From: Octopus sinensis
Lineage: Eukaryota
Direction of reading: 5' to 3'
Assembly (NCBI RefSeq): GCF_006345805.1
Contig: NC_042999.1
Span: 56,668,001 to 56,732,000 of the forward strand
DNA length: 64,000 bases
Below, piece after piece: positions 50,822 through 62,998 of the stretch. A model generated the notes under the pieces. That model was not told the DNA's origin and did no database searches. It worked only from the letters and a program-made list of their open reading frames with translations. Each line of letters begins with the position of its first letter. Positions within the stretch are counted from its first letter, which is position 1. Made by a program: the position numbers and the translations under genes.

Positions 50822-51887
50822 TGTGTGTGTGTGTTTGTGTTTCTGTTTGCCCCCACCCCAACATCGCTTTTGACAACCGATGTTGGTGTGTTTACGTCCC
50901 CGTAACTTAACGGTTCTGCAAAAGAGACCGATAGAATAAGTACTAGGCTTACAAAGAATAAGTCCTGGGGTCAATTTGCTCAACTAAATGCGGTACTCCA
51001 GCATGGCCACAGTCAAATGACTGAAACAAGTAAGAAGAGTAAAAAGAGTAAAAGAGTTGTTGTTCTTATTTAATCTCCACTCTTTAGCAGAACAATGATT
51101 AATGCCGTTCCATTTGTGACCATCTCAATTTTTAGTCAGACGAGCGTTTGAGTTGATTCGAGCAACGGAACAGCCTGCTCATGAAATCAACGAGCGAGTT
51201 GCCGAGTACTCTACAGATACACATACCCTTAACGGGAGATTCAGCGTGACACACCCAATGAGACAAGGCTGGCCTTTTGAATTACATGTACAACTCATTT
51301 TTGCCAGCTGAGTAGACTGGAGTAATGTGAAATAAAGTGTCTTGCTCGAGGACACAACACACAGACCGATCCGGGAATCGAACTCGTGATCCGAATATAC
51401 CAACCACTAAGACACTCACCTTCACATTCAAACAGTATATCTAGGATATATTATCCAGTGTCTCTCAATTTTTTACGATAGTAGGATATGATCTGAGAAC
51501 AATTTAGGTGTTGTTTCTAGCAAGTCAAGTGACCGTGTAGAACAGAGATTCCCAAACTTTTTCATCTGTCGACCCTATTACATACAAACTTACAGTGCCC
51601 CTATTGATCCCTAATTTGTTTCTTCTTGAGTTTTTATTTATAACATATAAACTTGTACTTCTTTTGGAATATTGTCATTTTATAAGATTTTGCTGGCAAA
51701 GTTCTAAAGTAACATAAACATATAGCCGCAGGAGTGGCTGTGTGGTAAGTAACTTGCTTACAAACCACATGGTTCCGGGTTCAGTCCCACTGCGTGGCAC
51801 CGTGGGCGAGTGTCTTCTACTATAGCCTCGGGCCGACCAAAACTTTGTGAGTGGATTTGGTAGATGGAAACTGAAAGAAGCCCGTCT

Positions 51888-51939
<52 letters not shown>

Positions 51940-52723
51940 TGTGTTTGTCCTCCCAACGTCGCTTGACAACCGATGCTAGTGTGTTTACGTCCCTGTAACT
52001 TAGCGGTTCGGCAAAAGATACCGATAGAATAAGTACTAGGCTTACAAAGAATAAGTCCTGGGTTTCGATTTGCTCGACTAAAGGCGGTGCTCCAGCATGG
52101 TCGCAATCAAATGACTGAAACAAGTAAAAGAATAAAAAAATAAAATAATTTATTTACACGAAAAAAAATTAGCGGATAACTTTTATCTACTTCTTCCAAA
52201 TCTTTCTGTTAAAACTGTATGCAAACCATTTGTGGGGAATGCTCCCAACTAGTATGGTAATCTCGGCGTGAATTCAAAAGAGAGTTTACGGGATGTGTAC
52301 TTTGTTAAAGTCAATTTGTCATCAATGATAACTTATTTCAAATAATTTAAACTATTGATTGTAAAGGTCAATCAGCTTCTATATACCATTGACATCCCCA
52401 CTTAATGGAATTTATGGAATCGTTGATAACTTATCGACCCTCATCGTGTAATCTTCTAAAATAAAATTAAAAAGTATAATTAATTATAATTTATTGATTT
52501 AAAATCAATAGTTCCTTCGTACTTGTGTGTCATTATCGCTTTTTAATAAGAAATAATTTTTTGAAATTAATGAAGATACTTTATGAAACTGATAAAAAAA
52601 AACAATCAAAATTCGACTCTATTAAAGTGATACAGTCGGAATATTTAATACGAAATATTTGTTTGGTGAACACTAGTTGTTTCATCGATATTTAGCTGGA
52701 AATTAGTGAGTTTTAGTCTTAAA

Positions 52724-53107
52724 CTAGCAGTATCGCCCGGCGTTGCTCAGGTTTGTAAGGGAAATAACTATAAAGCATTTTTAGAGAGTTATAGCCAAAA
52801 AATAGCAAAAAAATGGAAAAAAATGATAGTAAATTTTTTTTGAGAGTTAAAAAAGGTGGAGTTGCGTCCCCTAGACAGTTTGTGGTTTGTGTTTCCGATT
52901 CTCGACCCCATGTCGAATTTATCGATTTTTTTCAGAACTGGGGGAACTTTTCAAAATTTTCGCTGCGTTAGTTTTGAATTATGACATTTGGCTATGTGTG
53001 TGTCAAGTTTCATCAGAATCGGTTGAAAGCCGTGGTCAGGGTGAGGGTACAAGCAAACAGACACACAGAAACACGCACAGACAAACTGCCGTTTACATAG
53101 AGAGAGA
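52724..53107 (-). mobile_element. Non-autonomous Helitron (H2 head, H1 tail)
   Basis: A|TCTCTCTATGTAAACGGC head as at 27456; the 3' roughly 110 bp match 46850-46953 and 58520-58620; CTAG|T end. Confidence 0.85.
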
Positions 53108-54257
53108 TTACCTGCACTCTTCTGGGTTTAGTTTGTTAATAATTCAGAACCCTGATTGCTCAAAATCGTTTTAGGCGTTTATCGATCTCTCGGATAGCCA
53201 CATAGATCCCCAGGTGTCAATACTAAACACTTTGCCTTGATGGAAAAGTTATTAAATAAACCTATTTTTAGTAGTGATTAAATATTATAAACATATGTTT
53301 CAAAGGTTGACATTGATCATTGTTAGGAATCAAGAGAGAGATAATTTACCTCACTATATGTCCGGAAGTGAGTGATATTGACAATGAAATAAGCATAAAA
53401 AAAAAGTCCCGTCAACTGTTTATCAAATGAAATTTTGGTAGAGCTTATTTTATTACAAATGGATAAGTGACTGGTTCATATGCAATTTCTTTAAACATAA
53501 AATCCTCGCCAAACTCAGAATCAATAGTCATGAGAAAATAGCAATTGAGAGAAAATAAATCGGGTTATGGCATGTTATTAATGCAGTGGAATTAAATAAA
53601 ATAAAGCATAAAAGGATTATAAAATTCTCAATGAAGTGAATGGTCCAGATGACAACTAATAATATTTGTGAGGCTGCGGCTTCGGTCGCCATATTAATCA
53701 TTTGAAAGGTCTCTATGTTTACTTACCAATATATTTATATGACAAAAATTAGTTTCGAGTTTATAAGAATTCAGAAATGGTCGTAAAAACATGTCGGCAG
53801 CCGCCCCAAGATTGTAGTGTTTCCGTTGTTTCAAAAATCATTAAATCTTTTATATTCTACCAAGACCTGGAGTCCGAGATCTAAGTGTTCAGACAATTCC
53901 TCTAAGTTCCTCTTATTGTCTGCATTTTGTATTTCAACATTGACCAGAGAAACATTTCTAGCTAGGAACCTGCATAGTCTCAAATGCTAAAGACTTTCTT
54001 TAAATTTTTGAGGTCTCGTGGTAGGTTATTGAAAGGTCGCGGTTTCATTCAATTCATAGACCGGGTGGTGCGTTATGTTCTTGACCAAAACACTTCATTA
54101 CACGTTTCTCCAGTTCACTCACCTGCAAATGAGTATAAAAATAAAAAATGAAGTAGACTGACAGGTAATTTTTGAACCTGTGGAAGACACGCTAGATGCC
54201 GAAATATCGTTCAACTAATTTCACATGTTAACTATGGTACTCTTCTATTCATTTCTC

Positions 54258-54289
<32 letters not shown>

Positions 54290-54350
54290 TATATTATTAT
54301 TATTATTATTATTATTATTGTTATTATTATTATCATTATTATCATTATTA

Positions 54351-54396
<46 letters not shown>

Positions 54397-54418
54397 CATT
54401 ATTATTATTATTATTACT

Positions 54419-54600
54419 AAAGGTGGCGAGCTAGAGGAATCGTTAGCACCCCAGACAAAATGGTTAGCGGCATTTCGTCTGCTGCTACGTTCTGAGATCA
54501 TATTCCGCCGAAGTCGACTTTACCTTTCATCATTTCTGGGTCGATAAAATAAGTACCGGTTGAACAGTCGATGTTATCGACTCCCCGCCACACATGCCCT
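54419..54600 (+). mobile_element. SINE family E
   Basis: AAGGTGGCGAGCTAGAGGAATCGTTAGCAC head after (TTA)n. Confidence 0.75.
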
Positions 54601-55212
54601 GAAATTGCTGACCTTGTGTCGAAATTTTGGAATCAATATCGACTTTTCTTGTATCTTTTCGCTTAAGTTGCTAATGTACATTGACAAGCGTGAAAGACAT
54701 TCTAGAATTGCTTGGAAAACATTACATCCGCGCGCGCTTTCAAACGTGCGTACCAACGCAGTAACACACGTACGCCTATATCTATATCTATGTATCTATA
54801 TATATGTCTTTATCTGTCTCCCATTTTATGTGTGTGTGTGTGTGTGCGTGTGTGTCCGAGTATTTTTTGCCCATTTGAGAAGTACATGCTTGGTCATAGC
54901 ATATGGCTGTTGAGGAAGTTACCATTATTTTCGCGTCTGCTATTGCACTGGGTAATGTAGACAACTCATCAGATATGCTGGCCGGCCTGACGTGCATGCA
55001 CACACACACACACTACCCACCAATATGCGTGCTAATATCTAATCCTGAGAAGAATATGTGCTCATACACTGCATTGGTGGATAAATATTCTTTATCTATG
55101 GGTTAACAAGACTACCAGTGACTTAATGCAAAGGGAGATCCTACATGAAAACATTGGTAGCCTTGTTAAGCCGTAAATAAAGTAGATAGATAGGTGGATG
55201 GATGGATGGATG

Positions 55213-55278
<66 letters not shown>

Positions 55279-55363
55279 AAGATAGAAAGATAGATAGATA
55301 GATGGATGGGTGGATGGATGGATGGATGGATGGATGGATAGACAGACAGACAGACAGACAGAC

Positions 55364-55431
<68 letters not shown>

Positions 55432-56022
55432 GGATAGATAAATAGATTGGCGGATATGTATATATATATGTATATGTGTGTAGTTTATATATGTATGTGT
55501 GAATGCATATATATGTTTGTCTGTATGTGACTAAATATACAGGCGAGTGCGTCATATTTCGTCATGCGAAGTACATTCCCAGGCAACATCATTATACGAA
55601 TGCTTACTTATCTCCTCGTTGCTTCTAGTTATAACTATGTAGCCATTTGGTCCCATGAAATGGGGTGGGGGGCGAAGAGAGATGAAGAAAGAAAGGAGGA
55701 AAGAAAGAAATAGAGAAGAAACAGAAGAAAGAAATATACTGATTTAGACTATAAAGTATATTCTTATTCTTTTACTCTTTCCACTTGTTTCAGTCATTTG
55801 ACTTCGGCCATGCTGGAGCACCGCCCTTTAGTCGAACAAATCAACCCCCAGGACTTATTCTTTGTAAGCCTAGTACTAATTCTATCGGTCTCTCTATTGC
55901 CAAACCGGTAAGTTACGAGGACGTAAACACACCAACATCGGTTGTCAAGGGATAGTGGTGGTGTTGGTGGTGGTAGGGACAAATATAGACAAACAAACAC
56001 ACACACACACACACACACTCAC

Positions 56023-56053
<31 letters not shown>

Positions 56054-57599
56054 CGACGGGATTCTTTCTGTTTCCATCTACCAGATCCACTCACAAGGCT
56101 TTGGTCAGCCCAAAACTGTAGTAGAAGACATTTGCCCAAGGTGCCACGCAGTGGGGCTGAATCTGGAACCATGTGGTTGGGAAAGAAGCAAGCTTCTTAC
56201 CACACAGCCATGCCTACGCCTATATAAAGCATTTATTATTTTTTTTATGTTCATTGGAATAAATTTTCGTCACTAAGTTCGTACATTCATGTCATGAAAA
56301 AACTACCAGATTACAGTAGTGTTCCCGGCTACGTCCGTGCCTTCGTGACATCTTAGGGAATGTACTAATGTACAAGATTCCTCTCTCGTTTGTCAATATC
56401 CATTTATCCTTGCTTGAGAATCGAACTCCCTCATCCCAACGCGAGAATCATACGTATCTCACAAAAAGGCGCCCGGTCTGGGAATCGAAACCGCGATCCT
56501 ACGACCACGAGTCCACTACCCTAACAACTGGGCCAATGCATCTCCACTTGTCTCGTTATAGATCCTTACAATATCGGTATGGGATGTAAAACTGGTAACG
56601 ATAACATTTTAAAAGGAAACCGCACGAAACCAACTAATCTAAAGTGCTAAACGTTTAACTGGACCATTAGATCTGGGCTGCTTCTCATTAAACACGTTTA
56701 AGTAGTATTTTCATGTCGAAATAAAATCAGAGCTAGTTATTAAGAGATAGTAACCCACGTTGATTAGTTTTATTAATATTCTAAGTTACACAAACTACAA
56801 GTGATCATATCTTACAATATATATATATATATATATATATCTCTTATTATAAAAGGCAGATTTTATCTGCCTCCCTTTGGGAGTTATACAAATCTACAAT
56901 ATAGGATTTCTTCAATTACAATTTACCTAGCAGTTTTAAGAGTACAATGCATCGCGTCATGCCAGGTCCAGTTTTTAAAATTTAAACTCCAATTAAGCAA
57001 AATTTACAGAAAACTCACATTCTGGTGTGCGTGTCAAATGCTTTTCTTAGTCTGGTTACACCACACGCAAACGCACACACACAGTGGGCAACGAATAAAA
57101 TGAAAGTAAATAGCGACAGAGTGATTTGAGGAAGACTAAAGTGAAAGTATTCTGTCTATGACGCTGATAGATACATGAGTAAAATGTATGGGAAGCTAAG
57201 AGCTAAGAGTGAGTGAAAATGTTCTTGGAAGAGAGTAATTAGTAATAAAGTAAACATACACTCATACATACATACATACATACATACACACACACACATA
57301 CACACACACATACATACACACACACATATATACATACACACATACATACATACATACATATACATACATACACACATATACATACATACATACACACACA
57401 CACATACACACACACAGTATTGAAGCTTGAGAACAATCAGATACATTTGCAACACATCTGTTGAAAATATTATTGTTCACACACATACATATACATATAT
57501 ACATACAGACAGACAGACAGATAGACACACACACACACACACACACATGATCCAGCATGGCCACAACCTCAAGGCTGAAACATATAAAAGAATAACAGA

Positions 57600-57960
57600 A
57601 TATAAATGTGTGCAAAGTACAAGAAATATTAATGCAGTATATGGGGATTGGACAATAAGCGTAAGGCAGTGTCAATGGTGGTTCCAGAAATCCCGAGCCA
57701 TAAACTACAGCCTAGAAGACGAGCCTCATCCTGAAAGATCTGTAGAACTCGACAAGGACATCCTGAAAACCCTGGTGGAACAAAATATCATCGTAACTGT
57801 TGAGGAACTAGCAGAGAAGCTTGGATTTGGTCATTCAACCATTCATTGACACCTGTGTGCTATCGGAAAAGTCAGCAAATTGGGTCAATGGGTTCCTCAC
57901 GAACTTTCCGAGTCTAATTGCATGCAGAGAGTGAATGTATGCTTTTCTTTGCTGTCATAT
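57600..57960 (+). mobile_element. Mariner transposase N-terminal fragment
   Basis: RQCQWWFQK..SLEDEP, VEELAEKL, GQWVPHEL. Confidence 0.85.
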
Positions 57961-57984
57961 CTCACCACTACTGCGCTATGTATA

Positions 57985-58620
57985 TCTATATATATAAAAC
58001 TGTAGTTGTGTGAGTGTCTGTCCCCTTCGATTTAGATTCCTAACTACTCCCACATTTTGCGGTACAGTTTAACCAAATTCGGGTAGCTTATAGTCGTGAT
58101 TCATATCGAGCCCATCTGAATATTAGCGCGCGTCTACGATGAGTCTACGATTTAAAAATAATTTAACATCATTTTTTATTCCATTTTTAATGCATAATTT
58201 TTCGTGTGTCGATGGCGGCGGAGTTGGCGTCCACGCTCACACCTGCACCTGTGGGGTAGGGAGTGTAAGGAAATCAACGTCGTAATGCGTTGTCAAGGAG
58301 ACCAGTGTTCTTTTAGAACAACGACTTCATGGCTTGAAGACACCAAAACAGAAATGGCTAAGAAAGCGTCTACATGAGTCTACGATTTAAAAAAAAATTT
58401 ACCATCGTTTTTTTTCCATTTTAATGCATTTTTTCGCTATTATATAAGGGAAGTAACTCTCTAAAAATGTCTACGATGAGTCAACGATTTAAAAAAAAAT
58501 TTACCATCATATTTTTTCCATTTTTAATGCATTTTTTGCTATTTTTTGCTATAACTCTCTAAAAATGCTTATATAGTTATTTCCCTTACAAACCCGAGCA
58601 ACGCCGGGCGATACTGCTAG
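57985..58620 (+). mobile_element. Non-autonomous Helitron (H1) with triplicated internal module; another Helitron-like head follows at 58621-58800
   Basis: A|TC...CTAG|T; the module GTCTACGATGAGTCTACGATTTAAAAA occurs three times. Confidence 0.88.
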
Positions 58621-58867
58621 TATATATATAAAACTGCGAATGTGTGTGTGTCTGTCTGTCTGTGTGAATCCCTAAAACTTGAGAACTACACAACCAATTT
58701 CATTCAAAGTTTGCACATGCCTTACTTAGGGTCCATGTAGTGTCATGGGCAAAAAAATGTTTAACTTCTTGCTTAGGGCGAGCCCACAGCAATATCATAT
58801 CTTCTCCATTATTTCAGTCTTACGTGTTAAAAGTGAAACAAAAACATCTCTCTATTGTATGTATATG

Positions 58868-58927
<60 letters not shown>

Positions 58928-58933
58928 ATATAT

Positions 58934-58974
<41 letters not shown>

Positions 58975-58989
58975 CATATATATATATAT

Positions 58990-59061
<72 letters not shown>

Positions 59062-59711
59062 ACATGTATATGTATATATGTATTTCTATAGATATACATG
59101 TATATGTATACATGTATGTCTAGATGTATATATATATATAGATAGATGAACATGTAATATGTACACATATATACACATATACACATGCATACATATATAC
59201 ACCCATACACACATACACCCCCAAACACACACGCATACATAGGTGCAGGTGTGACTGTATGGTAACAAACTTGGTTCCAAAACATATAGTCCTCAGTTCA
59301 GTCCCACTGTGTGGTAACTTGGCATGTGTCTTCTGCTATAGCCTCAGACCAACCAAAGCCTTGTCAGTGTATTTTGTAGACAGCAACCGAAAGAATCAAT
59401 TGTATGTATATGTATGTATATATGTAAGTCTATGTGTGTGTCTTTTTGTTTCTCCCTCATCACTGCTTCACAACTGGTGTTCGTTTATTTACATCCCCAC
59501 AATTTACTGGTTTCACAAGAAGAAACTGATAGAATAAGTACCAGGCGTATCAAAATTTAAAAACGCACTACGCAGTGTCTCATATTTTTGTTTGCCCACT
59601 CAGTTGTATCTATTAATTTATCTTTGTGTGTGTGTGTGTGTGTGGATTTCGTAGACAGGAACTGAAACAAGTCAATCGTATATATATATGTATGTATATA
59701 TGGAAGTGTAT

Positions 59712-61043
59712 GTGCTTTGGTATTGGCAACATGAATGACAATGGTCAGAGACTACTTGAATTTTGCACATTAACACATTCTTTGCCAACAAGACATCCCA
59801 CAAAGCATCTTGGAGACATCCAAGATCTCACCACTGGCATCAGCTGGATTTCATCATTACACAAAGATCCTTTCTGAAATCTGTTCAACTGACCCGTAGT
59901 TACCACAACGCGGATTGTGACACAGATCATTCACTAATAAGAAGCAGGGTGAGGATTCTGCCTAAAAAAGTCCATCACTCCAAGAAAATGGGCCGACCAC
60001 GCATTAACACTGCCAGAACCTTGGACCCTACGCTGCGAAAATGTTTTGCTGTTTCTATCAAGGTTGCCCTCAGTAGCTGCCCAACCTCATCTGCTGAAAG
60101 TAGGTGGAATTATATCAGGAAAGTATCAATAGATACTTTCAGCATGAGAGAAAGGCAAAACCCAGATTGGTTCAGTGCTGGGCTCTCAGAGCTGGAAACC
60201 GTTATTGAAGCAAAACGTGCAGCTCTGATGCAATAAAAGAGTGATTCTTCTACAAAGTCACTCGAAGAACTCAGAAAGGCAAGAAATAAAACCCAACTGA
60301 CTGCCAGACGCTGTGCAAATAGGTATTGACAGGAAATCTGTCAGAGTATCCAGTCAGCTGCTGACACTGGCGACACTCGTGGGATGTATGCCGGTTTGAA
60401 GAAGGCCCTCGGTCCATCTGCAACCAAGTCAGCCCCTCTGAAATCAACCACTGGAGATCTCATCAAGTACCAAAGCAAGCAAATGGATAGATGAGTGGAG
60501 TACTACCAGGATCTCTACTCACGGGAGACCACGGTAGCTGAGGCTGCAATCGAGGGTGTCAAGATCTTGCCAGTCATGTGCGAACATGACAGTTTGCCAT
60601 CTATAGCAGAGCTCGCCAAGGCTATTAACTTCCTAGCAAGTAACAAGGCTCCGGGAAAAGACGGCATCCCCTTAGAGATCATCAAAACTGGCAAAAACAC
60701 CATCCTGCTTCGGCACTTTCATGAGCGTCTGTGTCCCTCAGGATATGCGGAATGCTAACATCATTACGCTTTACAAAAACAAAGGTGATTGTAACAAATA
60801 TCGTGGAATATCTCTTCTAAACAATGTTGGAAAGACCTTTGCTCGCGTTATCCTGTCCAGGCTACAACTGCTTGCTTCTCGAATTTATCCAGAATTGCAG
60901 TGTGGCTTTAGAAGAAGCAGATCAACTATTGACATACGCCAACTTCAGGAGAAGTCCAGAGAGCAGAAAATGCCATTATATATGGCCTTCATTGACCGGG
61001 CAAAGGCCTTTGAATTGGTGAGTAGAAAAGGCCTTTTCAATTA
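59712..61043 (+). mobile_element. RTE-clade LINE (APE C-terminus to RT N-terminus), broken at both ends
   Basis: NDNGQRLLEFC, SWRHPRSHHWHQLDFII, DCDTDHSLI, KAPGKDGIP, YRGISLL, QCGFRRSRST, AFID.AKAF. Confidence 0.92.
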
Positions 61044-61065
61044 TATGTAACAAAGGCAACGTGAT

Positions 61066-61365
61066 CGATAAAATGACTTAGCAGGTCGCCAAACGAGATC
61101 GATAAAATGACTTAGTGGTTCTACAAACTAGATCGGTAAAATGACTTAGAGGTTTGCTAAAGGAGATCGATAAAATGACATTAGTGGTTCGCCAAACTAG
61201 ATCGATGAAATGACTTAGCGGTTCGACAAACGAGATCGATAAAATAACCTAGCGGTTCGCCAAACGAGATCAATAATATGACTTAGCGCTTCGCCAAACT
61301 AGATCGATGACATGACACTAGCGGTTCGTTGAAAATGATCAATAAAATGACTTAGCGGTGCGCTA
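61066..61365 (+). repeat. About 33-bp minisatellite (GATCGATAAAATGACTTAGCGGTTCGCCAAACGA)
   Basis: About 9 degenerate units by direct reading. Confidence 0.92.
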
Positions 61366-61925
61366 AATTCGATCAACTGTCCACTAGCGAAAATTCGATC
61401 AGCTGTTCACTAGCGAAAATTCGATCAATTGTCCAAAAGCGCAAATTCGATAAACTGTCAACTAGCAAAAATTTGATCAACTATCTACTTGCACAAATTC
61501 GATCAATTCTGCACTGCGAAAATTCGATCAACTGTCCACGAGTGTAAATTCGATCAACTGTCCACTGGCGCAAATTCGATCAACTGTCCACTGGGATAAA
61601 TTCGATCAGCTGTCCACTAGCACAAATTCGATCAACTGTCCACTAGCGTACACTGGTCTAAATTCGATCAATTGTTCACAAGTGTAAATTCGATCAACTG
61701 TCCACTAGTGTAAATTTGATCAAGTGTCCACTGGCGCAAATTCGATCAAATGTCCAATGATGTAAATTCGATCAACTGTTTACAAAAACAAAGGTGACCG
61801 TGGTGATTGTAACAAATACCGTGGAATATCTCTTCTAAGCAATGTTGGAAAGACCTTTGATCAACTGTCGACTAGCGAAAATTCGATCTACTGTTCACAA
61901 GCAGAAATTCGATCAAGTGTCCAAG
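61365..61925 (+). repeat. 22-bp minisatellite, forward arm (AATTCGATCAACTGTCCACTAG-type)
   Basis: Direct reading; contains an 81-bp RTE fragment at 61779-61859. Confidence 0.93.
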
Positions 61926-61944
61926 TCAGTAATGTAAAGAATTT

Positions 61945-62455
61945 CTGGCATATCAGGAATGTCTGGAATGTGAGGAGTGTCAAGAATGTGAGGAATGTCA
62001 GGAATGTCTGGAATATCAGTAATGTCTGGAATATCAGGAATTTCTGGTATGTCAGGAATGTCTGGAATGTTATTAAACGACATTTAACGTCATTTAAAGT
62101 TATTTAACGTCACGTCATGCTGCTTCATCACCTAAGGTCGTTTAACAGCAAGTCATATAACGACATTAAACCTCCCTTGACGTAGCGTTATTTAAAGTCA
62201 CGTCATGCCACTTAATTTAACGTCACGTAATTTCAAGCCAGGTCTGGAATGTCAGGAATGTCTGGAATGTCTGGGATGTGAGAAACGTGAGGAATGTGAG
62301 GAATGTCAGAAATGTCAGGAATGTCTGGAATGTCAGGTATGTGAGGAATGTCAGGAATATCTGGAATGTCTGGAACGTCTAGAATGTCAGGAATGTCTTG
62401 AATGTCAGGAATGTCTTGAATGTCAGGAATGTCTGGTATGTGCGGAATGTGAGGA
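61945..62455 (+). repeat. Two 9-bp (GGAATGTCA/T) arrays flanking a roughly 170-bp ACGT-rich core (62071-62238)
   Basis: Direct reading; both arrays are in the same orientation. Confidence 0.93.
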
Positions 62456-62998
62456 ATAATGATCGAATTTACACCAGCGGACAGTTGATCGAATTTGCGC
62501 AAGTTGACAGTTGATCGAATTCACACCAGTGGACTGTTAATCGAATTAACACTGGCTGACAGTTAATCGAATTTATACCAATGGACAGTTGATCGAATTT
62601 ACGCCAATGGACAGTTGATCGAATTTGCGCTAGTGGACATTTGATCGAATTTACACCAGTGGACAGTTGATCGAATTTTCGCTAGTGAACAGTTGCTCGA
62701 ATTTTCGCTAGTGGACAATTGATCGAATTTGCACGAGTAGACAGTTGATTGAATTTGCGCTAGTGGACATTTGATCGAATTTACACCAGTGGACAGTTGA
62801 TCGAATTTGCGCAAAAGGACAGTTGATCGAATTTACGCCAGTGGACAGTTGATCGAATTTACGCAGTGGACAATTGATAGATTTTGCACAATTAGACAGT
62901 TAATCGAATTTTCGCAGTGCTCAATTGATCGAATTTGCAAAAGTAAACAGCTTCTCGAATTTTGACCAGTGGACAGTTGATCGAAATCGTGCAGTTGA
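62456..62998 (-). repeat. 22-bp minisatellite, inverted arm (GGACAGTTGATCGAATT...)
   Basis: Reverse complement of the 61365-61925 unit. Confidence 0.93.

Noticed and set aside
51543-51600. hAT-like terminus CAGAGATTCCCAAACTTTT
   Set aside because: No partner TIR or TSD was found.
53861-53969. Minus-strand open frame FLARNVSLVNVEIQNADNKRNLEELSEHLDLGLQ
   Set aside because: The pyrimidine tract and donor are weak, the exit phase does not match the other candidates, and there is no recognisable family.
62205-62459. Cys-rich ECQ/ECL ORF resembling a metallothionein
   Set aside because: It is the in-frame translation of the 9-bp repeat; the opposite strand gives an equally open IPD repeat, and no gene structure is evident.
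61066-62998. CRISPR-like appearance of the regular short repeats (also 45392-45765)
   Set aside because: The units are contiguous with no unique spacers, there are no cas genes, and the context is eukaryotic.
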